A DNA stretch of 64,000 nt from Pecten maximus (taxonomy: Eukaryota), in contig NC_047027.1 in the NCBI RefSeq assembly GCF_902652985.1, positions 10,044,001 to 10,108,000 on the forward strand, in the 5' to 3' direction. Below, piece after piece: positions 37,857 to 51,050 of the stretch. Each line of letters starts with the position of its first letter. Within the stretch, counting starts at the first letter, position 1. A program made the position numbers and the translations under genes. The notes under the pieces are model-generated. The model saw nothing but the letters and a program-made list of their open reading frames with translations, did not search any database and was not told the DNA's origin.

Positions 37857-37936
37857 GAGGAGAGCTGGTTTTTGACGAAAAAGATGTGGAACTGAAAGCC
37901 GAAAACATACTGATTACATATGGTGGTCTCCTACAG
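37857..37936 (+). CDS. PKHD1L1: PKHD1L1-like exon, G8-1 (GGELVFDEKDVELKAENILI)
   Basis: Very close to GGTLIFDEADIELQAENILI. Confidence 0.95.
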
Positions 37937-38341
37937 GTGCGAAACATCTACTAGTCAAAATTGTAATAATCCATTTTATAATAAAAACAATCAGTGAATA
38001 TTATTTCAGATCTACACTTTTATCTATTTAATTTTGTTTTAGTCACAGACTCTTTCTCTCTCTAGATGAAATGCGTTTACTTTTTTAAAAATTAAACTTA
38101 TTTTAAATAAATATCTTATTTGGGAAAGGAGATTATAGAAGAAAATGTTAGCTTTTAATGCTTTGTAAAGGTACTCAACCAAGTCTAAATGAGAAATTTC
38201 AGTGTAACAGCACTGTAAAAGTGTCCGCTATTGGCCAAATCATCAACTGATGCATTCATACGACCTTGGCCATTGCGAGGAGGTAGAACAATGCACAGCT
38301 TGTACATTGTACACAAAATTACGTAACATTTATCATTTAAG

Positions 38342-38471
38342 GTTGGTACTGAAGATGAACCATTCCAACACAAGGCGATAATTACTTTATATGGTCATCA
38401 TCGCTCTAAGGAATTACCGATATATGGGACAAAGTCACTGGCGGTTCGAGAGGGGACACTGGACCTGCACG
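38342..38471 (+). CDS. PKHD1L1: PKHD1L1-like exon, G8-1 (PFQHKAIITLYGH..LDLHG)
   Basis: Strongly conserved G8 motif. Confidence 0.95.
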
Positions 38472-39421
38472 GTAATATCATCGGCTATATTAAGTTGTTA
38501 CTAATATTATTAATTTTACAGATGGCATTGTGTAACCAAGTGTGCGCAATGCCCAGACAAATGTTCTGTTGCAATAACAGTAACAAAGAAACAAGTTAGA
38601 ACATAATGTCTTCATGAGTTTTTGTTTGCTTCATTCCGAGGCCATAACTATAACCTTTTATCACTTTCTAGAAGTCGTTATTTTGAATGGCTGATATGTA
38701 ATGATCTCGCTAAAAAATTGGTACTTTAAAATGAATTTAAGATAATGTGTTGTATTTCAGTAAATACATTCTGTTCGGAAATATATATATACAGGTAGTC
38801 TTTTAATCTAAAAAAATGAACTCACGTGCAACTTTGTTTGATGAATAAAACAAGGAACGGGAAATGATAGACAGTATATTCTTTCACATACTACCGCGTG
38901 TATGCATTGTCACGCGAAAGAAACCAGAATATTTTTTTTCTTGAAAACATGTACGAAATTCTCGCGAGATATACTTACCTACAAATTTGTTTTATTGGAC
39001 ACAACAAGGTTTTGATCTTATTAAGTTGGGCTCGTCAATTGACCTCATTGGTTTCCTGAATAACGATATTTTTGCATGGTATTTTTTACGAAGCCACACA
39101 TGTTTTTTTAATTCCGAAAATATGTTCTTTACATCAAAATTTCTTGAATCGCTATATCACCAGATTAAGTATATAGGAAAAACGCAACCTTTAGGATCGG
39201 TATACTCTCTGAAGTTTTGGTTCCATTTACGTAACGAGTCAAAACACGAAAAACGATTTGGTCTCTTCATAACATTATGATAAATCAAATTTATTACTTT
39301 TTTAATTTGTGTCGTAGGTTAATTAACCATATCCCTTTGGATGATTTTAGTGCTAACGTATATTTATTCGAATATTAGAACGATTTCTACTTTTACTTAC
39401 GTAACCGATTTATGTACACAG

Positions 39422-39790
39422 GAATACACAAAAATATCACATGGACAAAATTGGCACAGTCCGTCAATACCGGGGACCAGAAAATAATTGTTCAACACGA
39501 GGTCACGTGGCAGGCAGGTGACCAGATTATAATATCAACCACAGGGGGTGTTAATTCTCAGTCTGAGACCGAGGAAATGACTATAGCATCGGTTGCTGCA
39601 GATAACAAAACCATCATGCTCACCGGCCCATTAACTTACTCACACCTTGGACGTTCAGAAGTGATTGCTGGTTTGGAAATTGATTTCAGCGCCGAAGTTG
39701 GCTTGCTTACTCACAATGTGGTTGTTCAAGGGCGCAGCGCTCCACAGTGGATAGAAAAGGCCGAAGCATGCCCAGATGGTTTTGATCCAG
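39422..39790 (+). CDS. PKHD1L1: PKHD1L1-like exon (WTKLAQ..AEVGLLTHN..CPDGFDP)
   Basis: Conserved post-G8 region. Confidence 0.95.
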
Positions 39791-40297
39791 GTATGTTTAT
39801 TGCGAAAATGAGTTAAGACTATCTATCTTATTATTTTATGTTGATAGTGTACTATTAATGCCATGTCCTCTTACGTGTCTATTGTACACTGTTTTCATGT
39901 CACTGAATGTCCGAAAGTCTGCCGGAGAACTCAAAAGATGTCGTTACATTATATGCTACATTTTCAATTGGAAGGACAAGGGGCACTTTCTCAGAATGTT
40001 TTGCATCTTCTTTTAAAGAATGAAATGTTTGTTTGACCTCAGTATCGTGCTATCACAAGACACGAATATATCGAAGCCTCCCAAAACACACAATACACCG
40101 CACGCACTTTAAACGACACTAAACCAAACCAATGTTATCCAAAATATACCTGTTTAATTCATACTGAAGTTACTATACACCCTTTTATATTTGATGCAAA
40201 ACCGCAACAAACAATACCAATTCATCCATACTTACCTTAACTGATCGATATGTTATCAAGTATTATCAGTTTATGAGTTTATTTTTCAATCATTTAG

Positions 40298-41772
40298 GTT
40301 ACCAAGCTATCCAGACGTGCGCCCAGGGTAGGTTTGGAAAAGAAATGGGGAGTGACGAATTCGGGGCTCAAGTAGTAATTCACACAACAGATCCGACAAA
40401 GCCTTTAACGACAAGCCGCATTGAATTTGTGGAGTTTTCCCATGTGGGTCAGGCCTTCCGTCTAGGTCGGCATCCTATCAACTTCCATGTGGCTGGTGAC
40501 ATGACAAAGTCGTATGTTCGTGGATGTGGCATACATGACACGTTTAATCGCGCCATCAACATTCGGGATACACATAACATACTTATAGAACGGAATGTTC
40601 TCTACGATGTTAATGGTGCCGCGATATTCTTGGAGGAGGGGACAGAGACCGGAAACATATTCCAGTACAACCTTGGCGTATTTGTGAGAGGAAGTTCCCA
40701 ACTCATGAATGACGATATATCACCAGCAACATTTTCGATCACTAATCCAAATAACACATTGCGACATAACACTGCTGCCGGTGGGACACATTTTGGATAC
40801 TGGATCAAATTGGAAAATCAAGTTAATTCTTTTGTAACTGGGAACCATAGACCACAATATACTTCTCTTGCTGAATTCAACAACAATTCTGCGCATTCTA
40901 TGGGATGGTATGGCTTGTGGATTTATCCAATATATACACCGCGTGTCAATGGGTACTACTCGACTCGAAAGATTGCAGCGATAAATAATATGCATGTATG
41001 GAATTGTCGCAAAGGAATCGAGGTGAACGAAATGGGAGCTGTCCAAATCCAGGGATTGTTCGCTGTAAATAACACGGACGCTGGGTATGAGGGTAAAATA
41101 ATTACAGAAGGAAATCAGTACACAGATGATAGCCCTTTGATTGAAGATTCGGTAATAGCTGGTTATGTATCAGGTATTATGTCACATGGATGTACCAACG
41201 GAGGAGTTGTGTCCCCTTACAAGTTTGGATTTATGATCCGTAATGTTACTTTTGTTAACTTTAACCGAACTGACTGCTTCGCATTGAGAATTACCAGAAT
41301 TCCCGAGCGATGCACTTCTCTCTGTGGCGGATTCATGTACAGGACACAGAACCTGACTTTTATCAACGCTGATAATCGCGTGAACAACGACTGGATTTGG
41401 GAATCGGTGTATGAGGACATGGATGGGTCTCTGTGTGGATCTACGTCCTGTAAGGTGGTACCCTGTACCGGGACGTTACCATCAAACTGTACCTCGTTCT
41501 CAAACACGTCAAACGTCCCGTTATGTTCTTGTCCAGGGCATGTCAGGCTGGTCCGATTCGCCGTATCGTCATATTCCTATGCCTCCTCAAACTGGCCTAT
41601 CATCCTCACCAACCAGTACGGATCAACAAGACACCACTATCGTTACAGTGCTATTGATCCCTCCGGAGGCTTGATGACGAATTTAGTGCCTGGTGAATCG
41701 TATTTATGGGACTTTGGCAGTGCAAGAGTTCTGACTAATTTCAGTTACTGGGGTTATTTCTACAGAATGCAG
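40298..41772 (+). CDS. PKHD1L1: PKHD1L1-like large exon, PbH1 beta-helix (TMEM2/CEMIP-like) region
   Basis: GQAFRLGRHPINFH, NPNNTLRHN..AGGTHFGYW; 1475 nt open. Confidence 0.97.
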
Positions 41773-42041
41773 GTGATTAACATATATATAATCAAGTATA
41801 TTTTGTTAATGTGCATCGCATCAACAGTTAAAAGTTTAAATAGAAATCCAGTACAAAAACTTAGATTATATATTATTCAGTCTTTCTAGGGCACTTCTGT
41901 ATTCATTGAACTAATATTTGTTGCGTTAACTTCCCTGGGATTTAGTCCATAATTTCAATAGTAAATCATAATGCCTAAATTTTGCTGATGCTGCTTTTTA
42001 GAAGCAAATTGAGTTCTAATAAATTTATTTATTCACCATAG

Positions 42042-42207
42042 TATGGCGATTACGTCATCATAAGCCAGGCCTTGACTGGGGAACCAGACCAGTTTCAGAT
42101 AGAGAGTTCCCAACTGATCTCCGCAACAAATGAAACTTTAGATCCAGAAATACACTACCATGGAGACTGGCAGTACAACGAGACATCCGGTCTGATCACG
42201 TACTTAA
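42042..42207 (+). CDS. PKHD1L1: PKHD1L1-like exon (DYVIISQ..PDQF..GDW)
   Basis: Resembles DYVIISHNFTQNPDMF..GDW. Confidence 0.92.
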
Positions 42208-42403
42208 GTAAGTGTTTGTTTACTGTATTTCATTGATAATATCGTGTTTTTGTATGTATCTAAAGCCGTAGTTTGTTTAATCAAACTGCTATTTTATACA
42301 TTTGATCTTGTTACATGGAACATTTAACCAAAGTAATTATTGTTACCAATTATTTGATTTGATAATAACATAGATCTAGTTTTATTATTTTATCCTTTTC
42401 CAG

Positions 42404-42634
42404 TATCCTACAGACGACGAGACCGCATGTATGACAACGGTATAGAGGACATATATATTAATCTGCGAATAATAAAGTGCTTCTTCAAGGATTGTATCAC
42501 TCCAACTACACCCGTACCAACGACCGTCCAGACGACCCCTACTCCAACTACTCCCTGTGTTTACTGGTCCTCTCCTACATCATGGCCAGACAACACACTT
42601 CCGGTTGAAGGGGATGACGTCACCATTGTAAAAG
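42404..42634 (+). CDS. PKHD1L1: PKHD1L1-like exon, T/P-rich linker and start of G8-2
   Basis: CFFKDC..WS...SW...LPVEGDDVTI. Confidence 0.92.
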
Positions 42635-42780
42635 GTTGTTATGGATGTCTTCAAAAACCCATAACTCTAAACCGCTTGTGAATTAAAAAGAAAAATTCTG
42701 TATCAAATATGGATTAATTTCCTAATATATCATGAAAATAGTTCTCCCATTCTTTAAATGACCGCCAGGTAAAAATAACG

Positions 42781-44520
42781 AACAAGAGATCCCAGAGGGA
42801 TCTTGGCGCCCATCATTGAATGATCTTCATAGGTTCCATGTCAGATTGATCTTTTCTCTACTTTTCCCTTCATTTTTCATTCTTCATTCTTCAGAGATTT
42901 AACGATAATGGCTGTTTGTTTGCCAGGTTGTTTTCAGGACAGACTGGTCCAAAAATGCAATACAAGGGACCAAGGGGAACCTACTTATGAAATTTGAGAA
43001 AGATCCATTCAGTACTTTGAGAAATAGAGATAACAAACTTCAATTGTCAAAATCCAAGATGGCGGTCTGTCGGCCATATTGTTTTCCAATTGATCTCAAA
43101 ATGCGATAAGCATAATGAGGCACCAAGGGGAACCTCCATATGAAATTTGAGAAAGATCCCTTCAGTACTTTCTCAAAAATAGCGATAACAAACTTCAATT
43201 GTGAAAATCCAAGATGGTTGCCTGTCGGCCATGTTATTTTCAGATTGGTCTCAAAATGCAATATGCATAACTAGGCACCAAGGGAAACTTACATATGAAA
43301 TTTGAGAAAGATCCCTTAAATACTTTCTCAGAATTAGCGATAACAAACTTCAATTGTCAAAATCCAAGATGGCTGCCTGTCGGCCATATTGTTTTCCGAT
43401 TGGTCTCAAAATGCAATATGCATAACTAGGCACCAAGGGGAGCCTACATATGAAATTTGAGAAAGATCCTTTCAGCACTTTCTCAGAAATAGCGATAACA
43501 AACTTCAATTATCAAAATCCAAGATGGCTGCCTGTCGGCCATGTTGAATTCCGATTGGTCTCAAAATGCAATATGCATAACTAGGCACCAAGGGGAACCT
43601 ACATGTGAAATTTGAGAAAGATCCCTTCAGTACTTTCTCAGAAAGAGCGATAACAAACTTCAATTATCAAAATCCAAGATGGCTGCCTGTCGGCCATGTT
43701 GTTTTCCGATTGGTCTCAAAATGCAATATGCATAACTAGGCACCAAGGGGAACCTACATGTGAAATTTGAGAAAGATCCCTTCAGCACTTTCTCAGAAAT
43801 AGCGATAACAAACTTCAATTGTCAAAATCCAAGATGGCTGCCTGTCGGCCATGTTGTTTTCCGATTGGTCTCAAAACGCAATATGCATAACTAGACACCA
43901 AGGGGAGCTTACATATGAAATTTGAGAAAGATCCCTTCAGTACTTTCTCAGAAATAGCGATAACAAACTTCAATTATCAAAATCCAAGATGGCTGCCTGT
44001 CGGCCATGTTGTTTTCCGATTGGTCTCAAAATGCAATATGCATAACTAGGCACCAAGGGGAACCTACATGTGAAATTTGAGAAAGATCCCTTCAGCACTT
44101 TCTCAGAAATAGCGATAACAAACTTCAATTGTCAAAATCCAAGATGGCTGCCTGTCGGCCATGTTGTTTTCCGATTGGTCTCAAAACGCAATATGCATAA
44201 CTAGACACCAAGGGGAGCTTACATATGAAATTTGAGAAAGATCCCTTCAGTACTTTCTCAGAAATAGCGATAACAAACTTCAATTGTCAAAATCCAAGAT
44301 GGCTGCCTGTCGGCCATGTTGTTTTCCGATTGGTCTCAAAATGCAATATGCATAACTAGGCACCAAGGGGAACCCACATATGAAATTTGAGAAAGATCCC
44401 TCCAGTACTTTCTGAGGATTAGCGATAACAAGAATTGTTTACGGACGGAGGGACGGACGGACGACGGACCACGGACGCAGGGCGATTTGAATAGCCCACC
44501 ATCTGATGATGGTGGGCTAA
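42781..44520 (-). mobile_element. Intact HINE family 3 element with ~10 x 155-bp satellite units
   Basis: On the - strand: 5' TTAGCCCACCATCATCAGATGGTGGGCTA hairpin, (GTCC)n, homogeneous array, 3' GATGGGCGCCAAGATCCCTCTGGGATCTCTTGTT. Confidence 0.9.
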
Positions 44521-44851
44521 AAATAGATTATGGCGTTTGCTAATGTTTCCTTTGCTATGTGACACTATCCTGCACCATCGGAAAACGTTGAAAATTGAGC
44601 CTCTATCCTACGATTCTGGTTTATCTAAGCAGTTTGGTTAAAAAGGACCGTGAAACAGAATATATCTGTTTATAAAAGTAAAGTATTAAGATGACTATGA
44701 AATAATAGGCATAGTTAATTACATATCTTTATATGATAATCCATTACATATGGAATATCTAGTTGTTATAAGTTGATTATAACCAATGCTTTGGTATTTT
44801 AAGTATTTGATGTGTAGATTACCAAAGTTATATTGCGTTTGCTTTCTAAAG

Positions 44852-45124
44852 GTGTATGTATGATAGCCGATACAATGATACCAAGGCTGAATAAACTCGT
44901 TATCTTTGGCGAGCTGGAGTTTGACCATGGTCCTGTAAATGGTTCCTACCGAAACTTTACTGTCAGCGTAATGGACATTATAATCATCGGAGGGCATCTC
45001 CGGATTGGATCACCGAATGTCACTTTCCTGGGTAACATTGATATCACACTTCGTCGTTCTGGAGATCACAGCACCAGCGAGCATCTCCCAAACACAGACA
45101 TACCCGTTAACTCAAAGTCAATAG
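44852..45124 (+). CDS. PKHD1L1: PKHD1L1-like exon, G8-2
   Basis: LVIFGELEF..IIGGHLRIG..F.GNIDITLR. Confidence 0.93.
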
Positions 45125-45382
45125 GTAATTATATACGTTCATTTTAAGTATGACATTAATAAAGATAGTGATATAATTCATTTTTTATCGGTTTGAAACA
45201 CCATTAATCGACATTTGAAACATTTGAATATAATATGTATATTATTAGATCAATGCTCGTACATCAAGAGGTCTTGTTAATGTCTTTGTCATTTCTTTCA
45301 GACAGTTTTTTTATGTATGCATATATTTTCTACACATGGTAGCGTTCTTTATGTGTTCACCTGGACTCATTTCTACTTGAAG

Positions 45383-45631
45383 CTGTATACGGAGGGCTAG
45401 AAGTACATGGTAAAGATGTTGGAGTTCCATGGACGAAATTACGTACAACAGGGAACCCCGGGGACACCTCAATCACTCTAGCTGATGACGTGACCTGGGA
45501 GGTCGGGGAGGAAATTGTCGTCGCCCCGACCAGTTACGACATCTGGGAAACAGAGACATTCCGAATCACTGGAGTTTCTGACGATGGGGTGACTCTGGCA
45601 CTAAACGATTCTCTACGGTTTAGGCATATCG
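45383..45631 (+). CDS. PKHD1L1: PKHD1L1-like exon (GGLEVHG..WEVGEEIVVAPTSY)
   Basis: Resembles WQEGEEIVITTTSY. Confidence 0.94.
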
Positions 45632-45898
45632 GTTCGTGTCCACATACTATTTCACAATAAAAACAAATTGATTTGCTATTTTTAGTACTTTACTAACAAC
45701 CCTATTTCTCGATAGTTTTTTTTACACTTAACTGGCCGGCTGGGTTATGACACCTCATTCTGTAAGTTATAAAGACAATTTGCGGCACCTGCAGAAACAA
45801 AACAATATCTCAGGGCAACATAAGGTAACCTATTGATGCACGACAAAACATAGAATGCATTACGAAGGTGCTTAAATCGTTTTTTTGTGACCTTTCAG

Positions 45899-46066
45899 CT
45901 TACAGCGAAACAATAAATGGACGGACAGTAAACATGGCCGCGGAAGTTGGTCTTCTCACAAGGAATATCCGGGTATTTGGTGAAAATGTCGAGTCCTACT
46001 CCACAGAACGCCATGAAGGACGGATTGTTGTAGGGGCGACCATGGCTAGAGACGTGTTATACAAAG
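45899..46066 (+). CDS. PKHD1L1: PKHD1L1-like exon (AAEVGLLTRNIRVFGE)
   Basis: Conserved motif. Confidence 0.94.
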
Positions 46067-46749
46067 GTGATTGGTTAAACCTACATCGATACTTCATGTT
46101 ATCATTTAACTACAGTCATATGGATATGACAATGACTGGCAAAGTTAAATGAAATTTAATGACGAAAAATATGTCGTACCAAATAGGAGTTTAGTTTGTC
46201 GTCTCCGTGATCAGACAAAATTCGCAATTGACAAAAAAGAATTTACTATTGCTGCATTAAGGTAGCTACAGGTAGCTACATGTTCGCTGTGTGATTTGGT
46301 TTTAAGATATTTTATTTGCAAATATACAAATAGGATCAAAAACAAGTTTAGAAAGTTACAGTCCGTCTTCTCCCGTAAAACAAATTATGAAATAAAGGCA
46401 ATGATGATGAAAATATAGATCGTATTATGCAGTGAATGTTCCCCGCATATTTGTGATAAATGTATGTTATATCGTTTACAGTTGACTAAAGAATACGATT
46501 AACCTATAGTTTCATGTTATGCAGCCATAACATCTGAATACACCCATCATAAAGAGCTTCTGGGTTTATTTTAGGACACATCTTTCCCCCTTAAACGTAT
46601 AAAATCGGTAAAAGCAGATGCATTGTATGTGTTCACTTTGGACTAATATACATTTAATTATCACAATGTATTAAGATAGATCTCACTGATATATCTCCTC
46701 CACGTGTGATCTACTTTATATCATCATAAACATTAAACTTTCACTTCAG

Positions 46750-46944
46750 GTTTTGCCCGCTTTAGTAATGTCGCGTTTGTGTATACTGGACTGACGTATC
46801 GGAATGCGGAGAGAGTAACTGACAAGACACCGTCATCTGTTACAAAGTGTACATTCCACCAGGTCTTTTCTCGGGCGATTGGAGTATACGGGACTATAGG
46901 TGTCTCCCTGAACGACAACGTTATCCACCACTCTGTATCACCAG
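46750..46944 (+). CDS. PKHD1L1: PKHD1L1-like exon, PbH1 region 2 (ARFSNV..AIGVYGT)
   Basis: Resembles ARISNV..AIGVFGT. Confidence 0.92.
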
Positions 46945-47886
46945 GTAAGATCCGTTGTTAAAATTAAACCACCCAGGTTGTTATATTTTATGAGTATCCC
47001 TATTTTCCTAAATGGCATTTGCCCCAATATTATCACGTCGTTTAAAATGTTTTCAGTGTTTTTGTTTTTGTTCATCGAGCAATATTATGGTTCTCTTGTT
47101 TCACGAGCAGGAGGCCGCCCTTAAATGACCTTAGCTTATCGAAAGGACGTTAAACAATTCTAACTAAACCAAACGAAATTTTTCCACGATAATATTACCG
47201 GCTTGCAATTACCTTATATGCACAACTATATACAGAGCAGCATTAGCTCTTAGCCATAGAAATGTACTTATGTCAGAGGAGTAACAATCCACAAGATATT
47301 TCCAGTTTACAGTATATTAACGTGAGAGTATGATGCTTTAACAAGTAAAAGTTAGGTTCAATTATACTTCAATTTTCTCTCACGAGCCTTTGTTCAAATA
47401 AACCCATGAAGTTATGTTTATATCTTGCTCTTGTTTAATCGACTTTTAGTTTATATTATGGTTTCATTTAAATTGTGTTGTTTGTCTGGATAATTGGGTA
47501 ACCAAACCCACTTTTAATAGCTGCGTGCTATATTTTGACCCTTTTCACGGGAATTTTCATTTTTCTAACTTCACTTTACATTCAATATTCGGCATTTTAC
47601 CAGGTTACAAATGTAATGTGACATATACTTGTTTGTGTTGTGAACATTCTTACTTGTAACAACTATAGCCATGTGTGTTACATGTTAGCTACTAAAGTTG
47701 TTGAACTTTCGTATAATAATTATCCAACCATATAATAATTTACTATGAAAATAGAACAATAGAATTATACGAGAATAATAAACATTATTCAATAAGCCAC
47801 GGTACCTATAATTATACATAACCTTGTTTTAAACATTAATTGAAAACAAAATGGATCTTAATATCTGTATCTAAATTAAATTCCAG

Positions 47887-48537
47887 CTATCGAAACACAA
47901 TCCCGGAAATCAACTATTTCACGTAACCTCATCATATTAGTCTATGGCGGTATCAGTACCTATCATGGAGCCATACTTGCCGTCCAGTCAACGGACCTGT
48001 CACTTGTGGAGAATACAGTCAGCGGTGCTGATAGAGTAGCGTATCACGTTCCTGGTGTCGAATGTGGTCGAACGTCTGCTTCATTTGGAAACGAAGCCCA
48101 TAGTTCATCGATAGGTTTGGATTTTTCGTCTCAAGGCAGTGTTCAAGGCACATGTTATGCAATATCGAATTTCTTCATCTGGAAATGCAGCAATATAGGA
48201 ATATATTATAACAGCCGACAGTCTGTAGATATTAGTGGGGTTGTTTTGGCGGAAAATACCCTTGGAATATACACAGAGGTTTATGGACCAAACCCTGTTG
48301 ATCATTTATACTCACCAAAGTTCTGTACCATCAATAACAGCCTGATAATCGGAACAACACCGTCATATAGCTGTACCACAGACCAGGCCAAATCTACTGG
48401 ATTAAGTAATCAGATTACTGAAGGGCACGTTGGCATGACGTTTACTTCCTTCATGCAAGATAATAACGGGTACACTCTAAACAGTCTAGCTGCACTTAAT
48501 TCCTACCCTGCAATCATGGGAGTGACGAATATTCAGG
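47887..48537 (+). CDS. PKHD1L1: PKHD1L1-like exon, PbH1 region 2
   Basis: Open 651 nt in frame with ORF 48006; NEAHS, IWKC..GIY, SLIIG. Confidence 0.93.
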
Positions 48538-49277
48538 GTAAGTACGGCGTCAGGTTTTTTTCAACACATACCTTAACTATAATATTCGTTAAATTGCTGA
48601 AAACCACAATGAATATATCAACTAATGTATTGTTAATGATTTAAGCATATACAAACCATACACATTTTCAGAAAAAGAAATGATACAATATATGGCATTG
48701 CAGTAGAGAATCATGTACGCTTTAACTGTATGGACACTTTGGAGAAAGCGGGCTGAATACCGGCGTGTTCCAATCAAGTATTACGGGCTATATAAAACTT
48801 TGAATAATTCTTTATGATGCTCTGAATAGCGTATTTCTATATCTGTCACATCTGTCTGTCTCTCCCTTCGTTTGTTGTCGCCCAAATGAGACTGAGTTAC
48901 TGCGATAACGGCGCAACAACAGCCAAATGCAACACCGAGATGTAAGATGTAAATTCTCGTTAAAAATATCCTTAAAATGTACGAATATCAATGTAATTAC
49001 TCAATGTAAAGATCACTGTTGAAATTAGACTTTGATATTCTAATTTTACAAACGTATTAGCCTACACAATGCAATTTTATATAGACGCTGGTGGACATGC
49101 ATCTGACATACTTTGGGATTGTTCATACATCAGTGTGGTAAGATTGTTGTTGTGGAGTTACTGTTTTTTGCGTTACTTTTGATCCTGCGAGTGTACTAAA
49201 TAACAAAATACTAATATAGCATGGTTTATCAATTTTCTTTCATATGCTAACTTTAATATCTGTGTTTTCTTTATCAG

Positions 49278-49440
49278 ACGTAACGTTTGCGCATTTTAAG
49301 ACGGTTTGTGGTACAAAGGACATTATGCTGACAACAAACAGATGGAACGATGATGGACAACACCCTGTGGAAACCAATAGAATCACCAAGTTCGACTCGG
49401 ATAACGATTCGTACTTCTTTATCCATCGACCAAACATTGA
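49278..49440 (+). CDS. PKHD1L1: PKHD1L1-like exon (VTFAHF..QHP..FIHRP)
   Basis: Conserved motifs; phase 1-2. Confidence 0.93.
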
Positions 49441-49989
49441 GTACGTTTACATAGAGTATATATGCGCGTGTCAAATTGAAAATTATATCAGTTCAATGTG
49501 AATATGATATAAATGTATTTCTATATCTAGCTAGCGAGTGTAACCTGCTGCGTGCAAAGTAAAGATTTATGCAATGACACTACTGACTAAAAACATTGTT
49601 CTTGATATATATATTTATGATATGAAAAAAAGGAACAAGATATTTCAGTAATTTCATTGTTGATTTGAAATCAATTTTTTTAATGTATTTAATCTTTATA
49701 CGAGAGACGCCCGCGGACCTGTAAGATTGCTGGGTGTGGATCTTAACCTTTTCAAAGATATAACCTAGAAACGAAGTCAAGACTCAATATGATTGTGTTT
49801 AAAGAAACCTATAGTTCCATGGGTTGGTGAAAAATCCCTTAGCTAATTTTACAACAGGATTGTGTTAATCTCTTGATTCTATATATTGACATTGGGTGGG
49901 GATCCGACCGGTTTTCAAGACATTAAAGACAGTCTTCAAGGGTAGGGAAAGACCCCACATTCTACTTTTACAACATGAATGTGTTAATA

Positions 49990-50440
49990 CTTTGAGGCCA
50001 AGCAATATTGCTAAATGGACCCCTTTTGCCCCCGTCCCCCAATTCCATACCGGGTCATTCCCATCATTTATATAAATCTGAATCCCAGCCTCCTGGGGAT
50101 GCTACCACTTAAATATCATACATAGCTTAGGTCGGGGAAAACGTTGTTAATATCAATATTGCTAAATGGACCCATTTTGGCCTCGCCCCACAGGCACCCG
50201 GGGTTCAGTCCCATTATTTGTTTAAAAGCTAATTCCAGCTACCAATGGATGTTATCACTGGACTATCAATGTCATACATTGCTTAGGTTCATAGAAGTCG
50301 TTTATATCAATGCTGCCAAATGGACCCCTTTTGGCACTGCCCTCAGGCCCCTGCGGGGTAAGCTCCATCGTTTTTATCAATATCTGGTCATGATTCCTTC
50401 AACATTTAGTTAATTTCTGATCAGTGGTTCTTCGGACCAG
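49990..50440 (-). repeat. Degenerate ~153-bp tandem units, probably an old HINE array
   Basis: GCTAAATGGACCCC/ATTTTG motif at ~50010, 50161 and 50315. Confidence 0.55.
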
Positions 50441-50817
50441 GTGATATTATAAGGTGGCACGGTATAAATAAGTGTAGATATCCATTACAAGAAAACTTTT
50501 AAATAACGGACCATGAAATGGTCGAATTTGAGGTCAAGTAATCGCGAGTGCAGACATTTCAAGCAAAATAGTAATTATACTGAAGAACAGAAAAGAGTAA
50601 AACCTTTCTGAATGTAGAAACTCAGTTTCAACAACCAGGAATATCACCATTCGGCTTACGATCTATCGACCAAAGCATCTATGTACGGGACGATTCAATA
50701 AGTCTTTGTTTTTTCTTGCGATATCAGGCTGGTGTGAAACACCACCAAAACGTGTTTATTTAAATAAAATATATAATAATATATGAAATGTGTAACAAAA
50801 ACATTTATCTCGAATAG

Positions 50818-51050
50818 CAAAATAAACCCAAGTGACTGTGTTGACATGGATTGTGATGGACTGAAGAAAGCCCTTATTAAGGACGTAGACGGATCTTTCC
50901 TGGGAGAGAAGGGAGCTGTTCTATCACAGTCGGAGTGGGAGTGGGATGGCGATCCGAGAAGGGGTCTCGGAGACTATAGGATACCGCGAGAGATGCTGAC
51001 CACTCTGTCTGGAGAACGTATTAACGTTAGTACCATCGCACCACACAAAG
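50818..51050 (+). CDS. PKHD1L1: PKHD1L1-like exon (KINPSDCVDMDCD..GDYRIP..APHKG)
   Basis: Hallmark fibrocystin-L motif. Confidence 0.96.

Noticed and set aside
40462-41507. Several minus-strand ORFs over large exons (also at 27486, 31701, 34949, 51750)
   Set aside because: Antisense shadows of the + strand coding exons.
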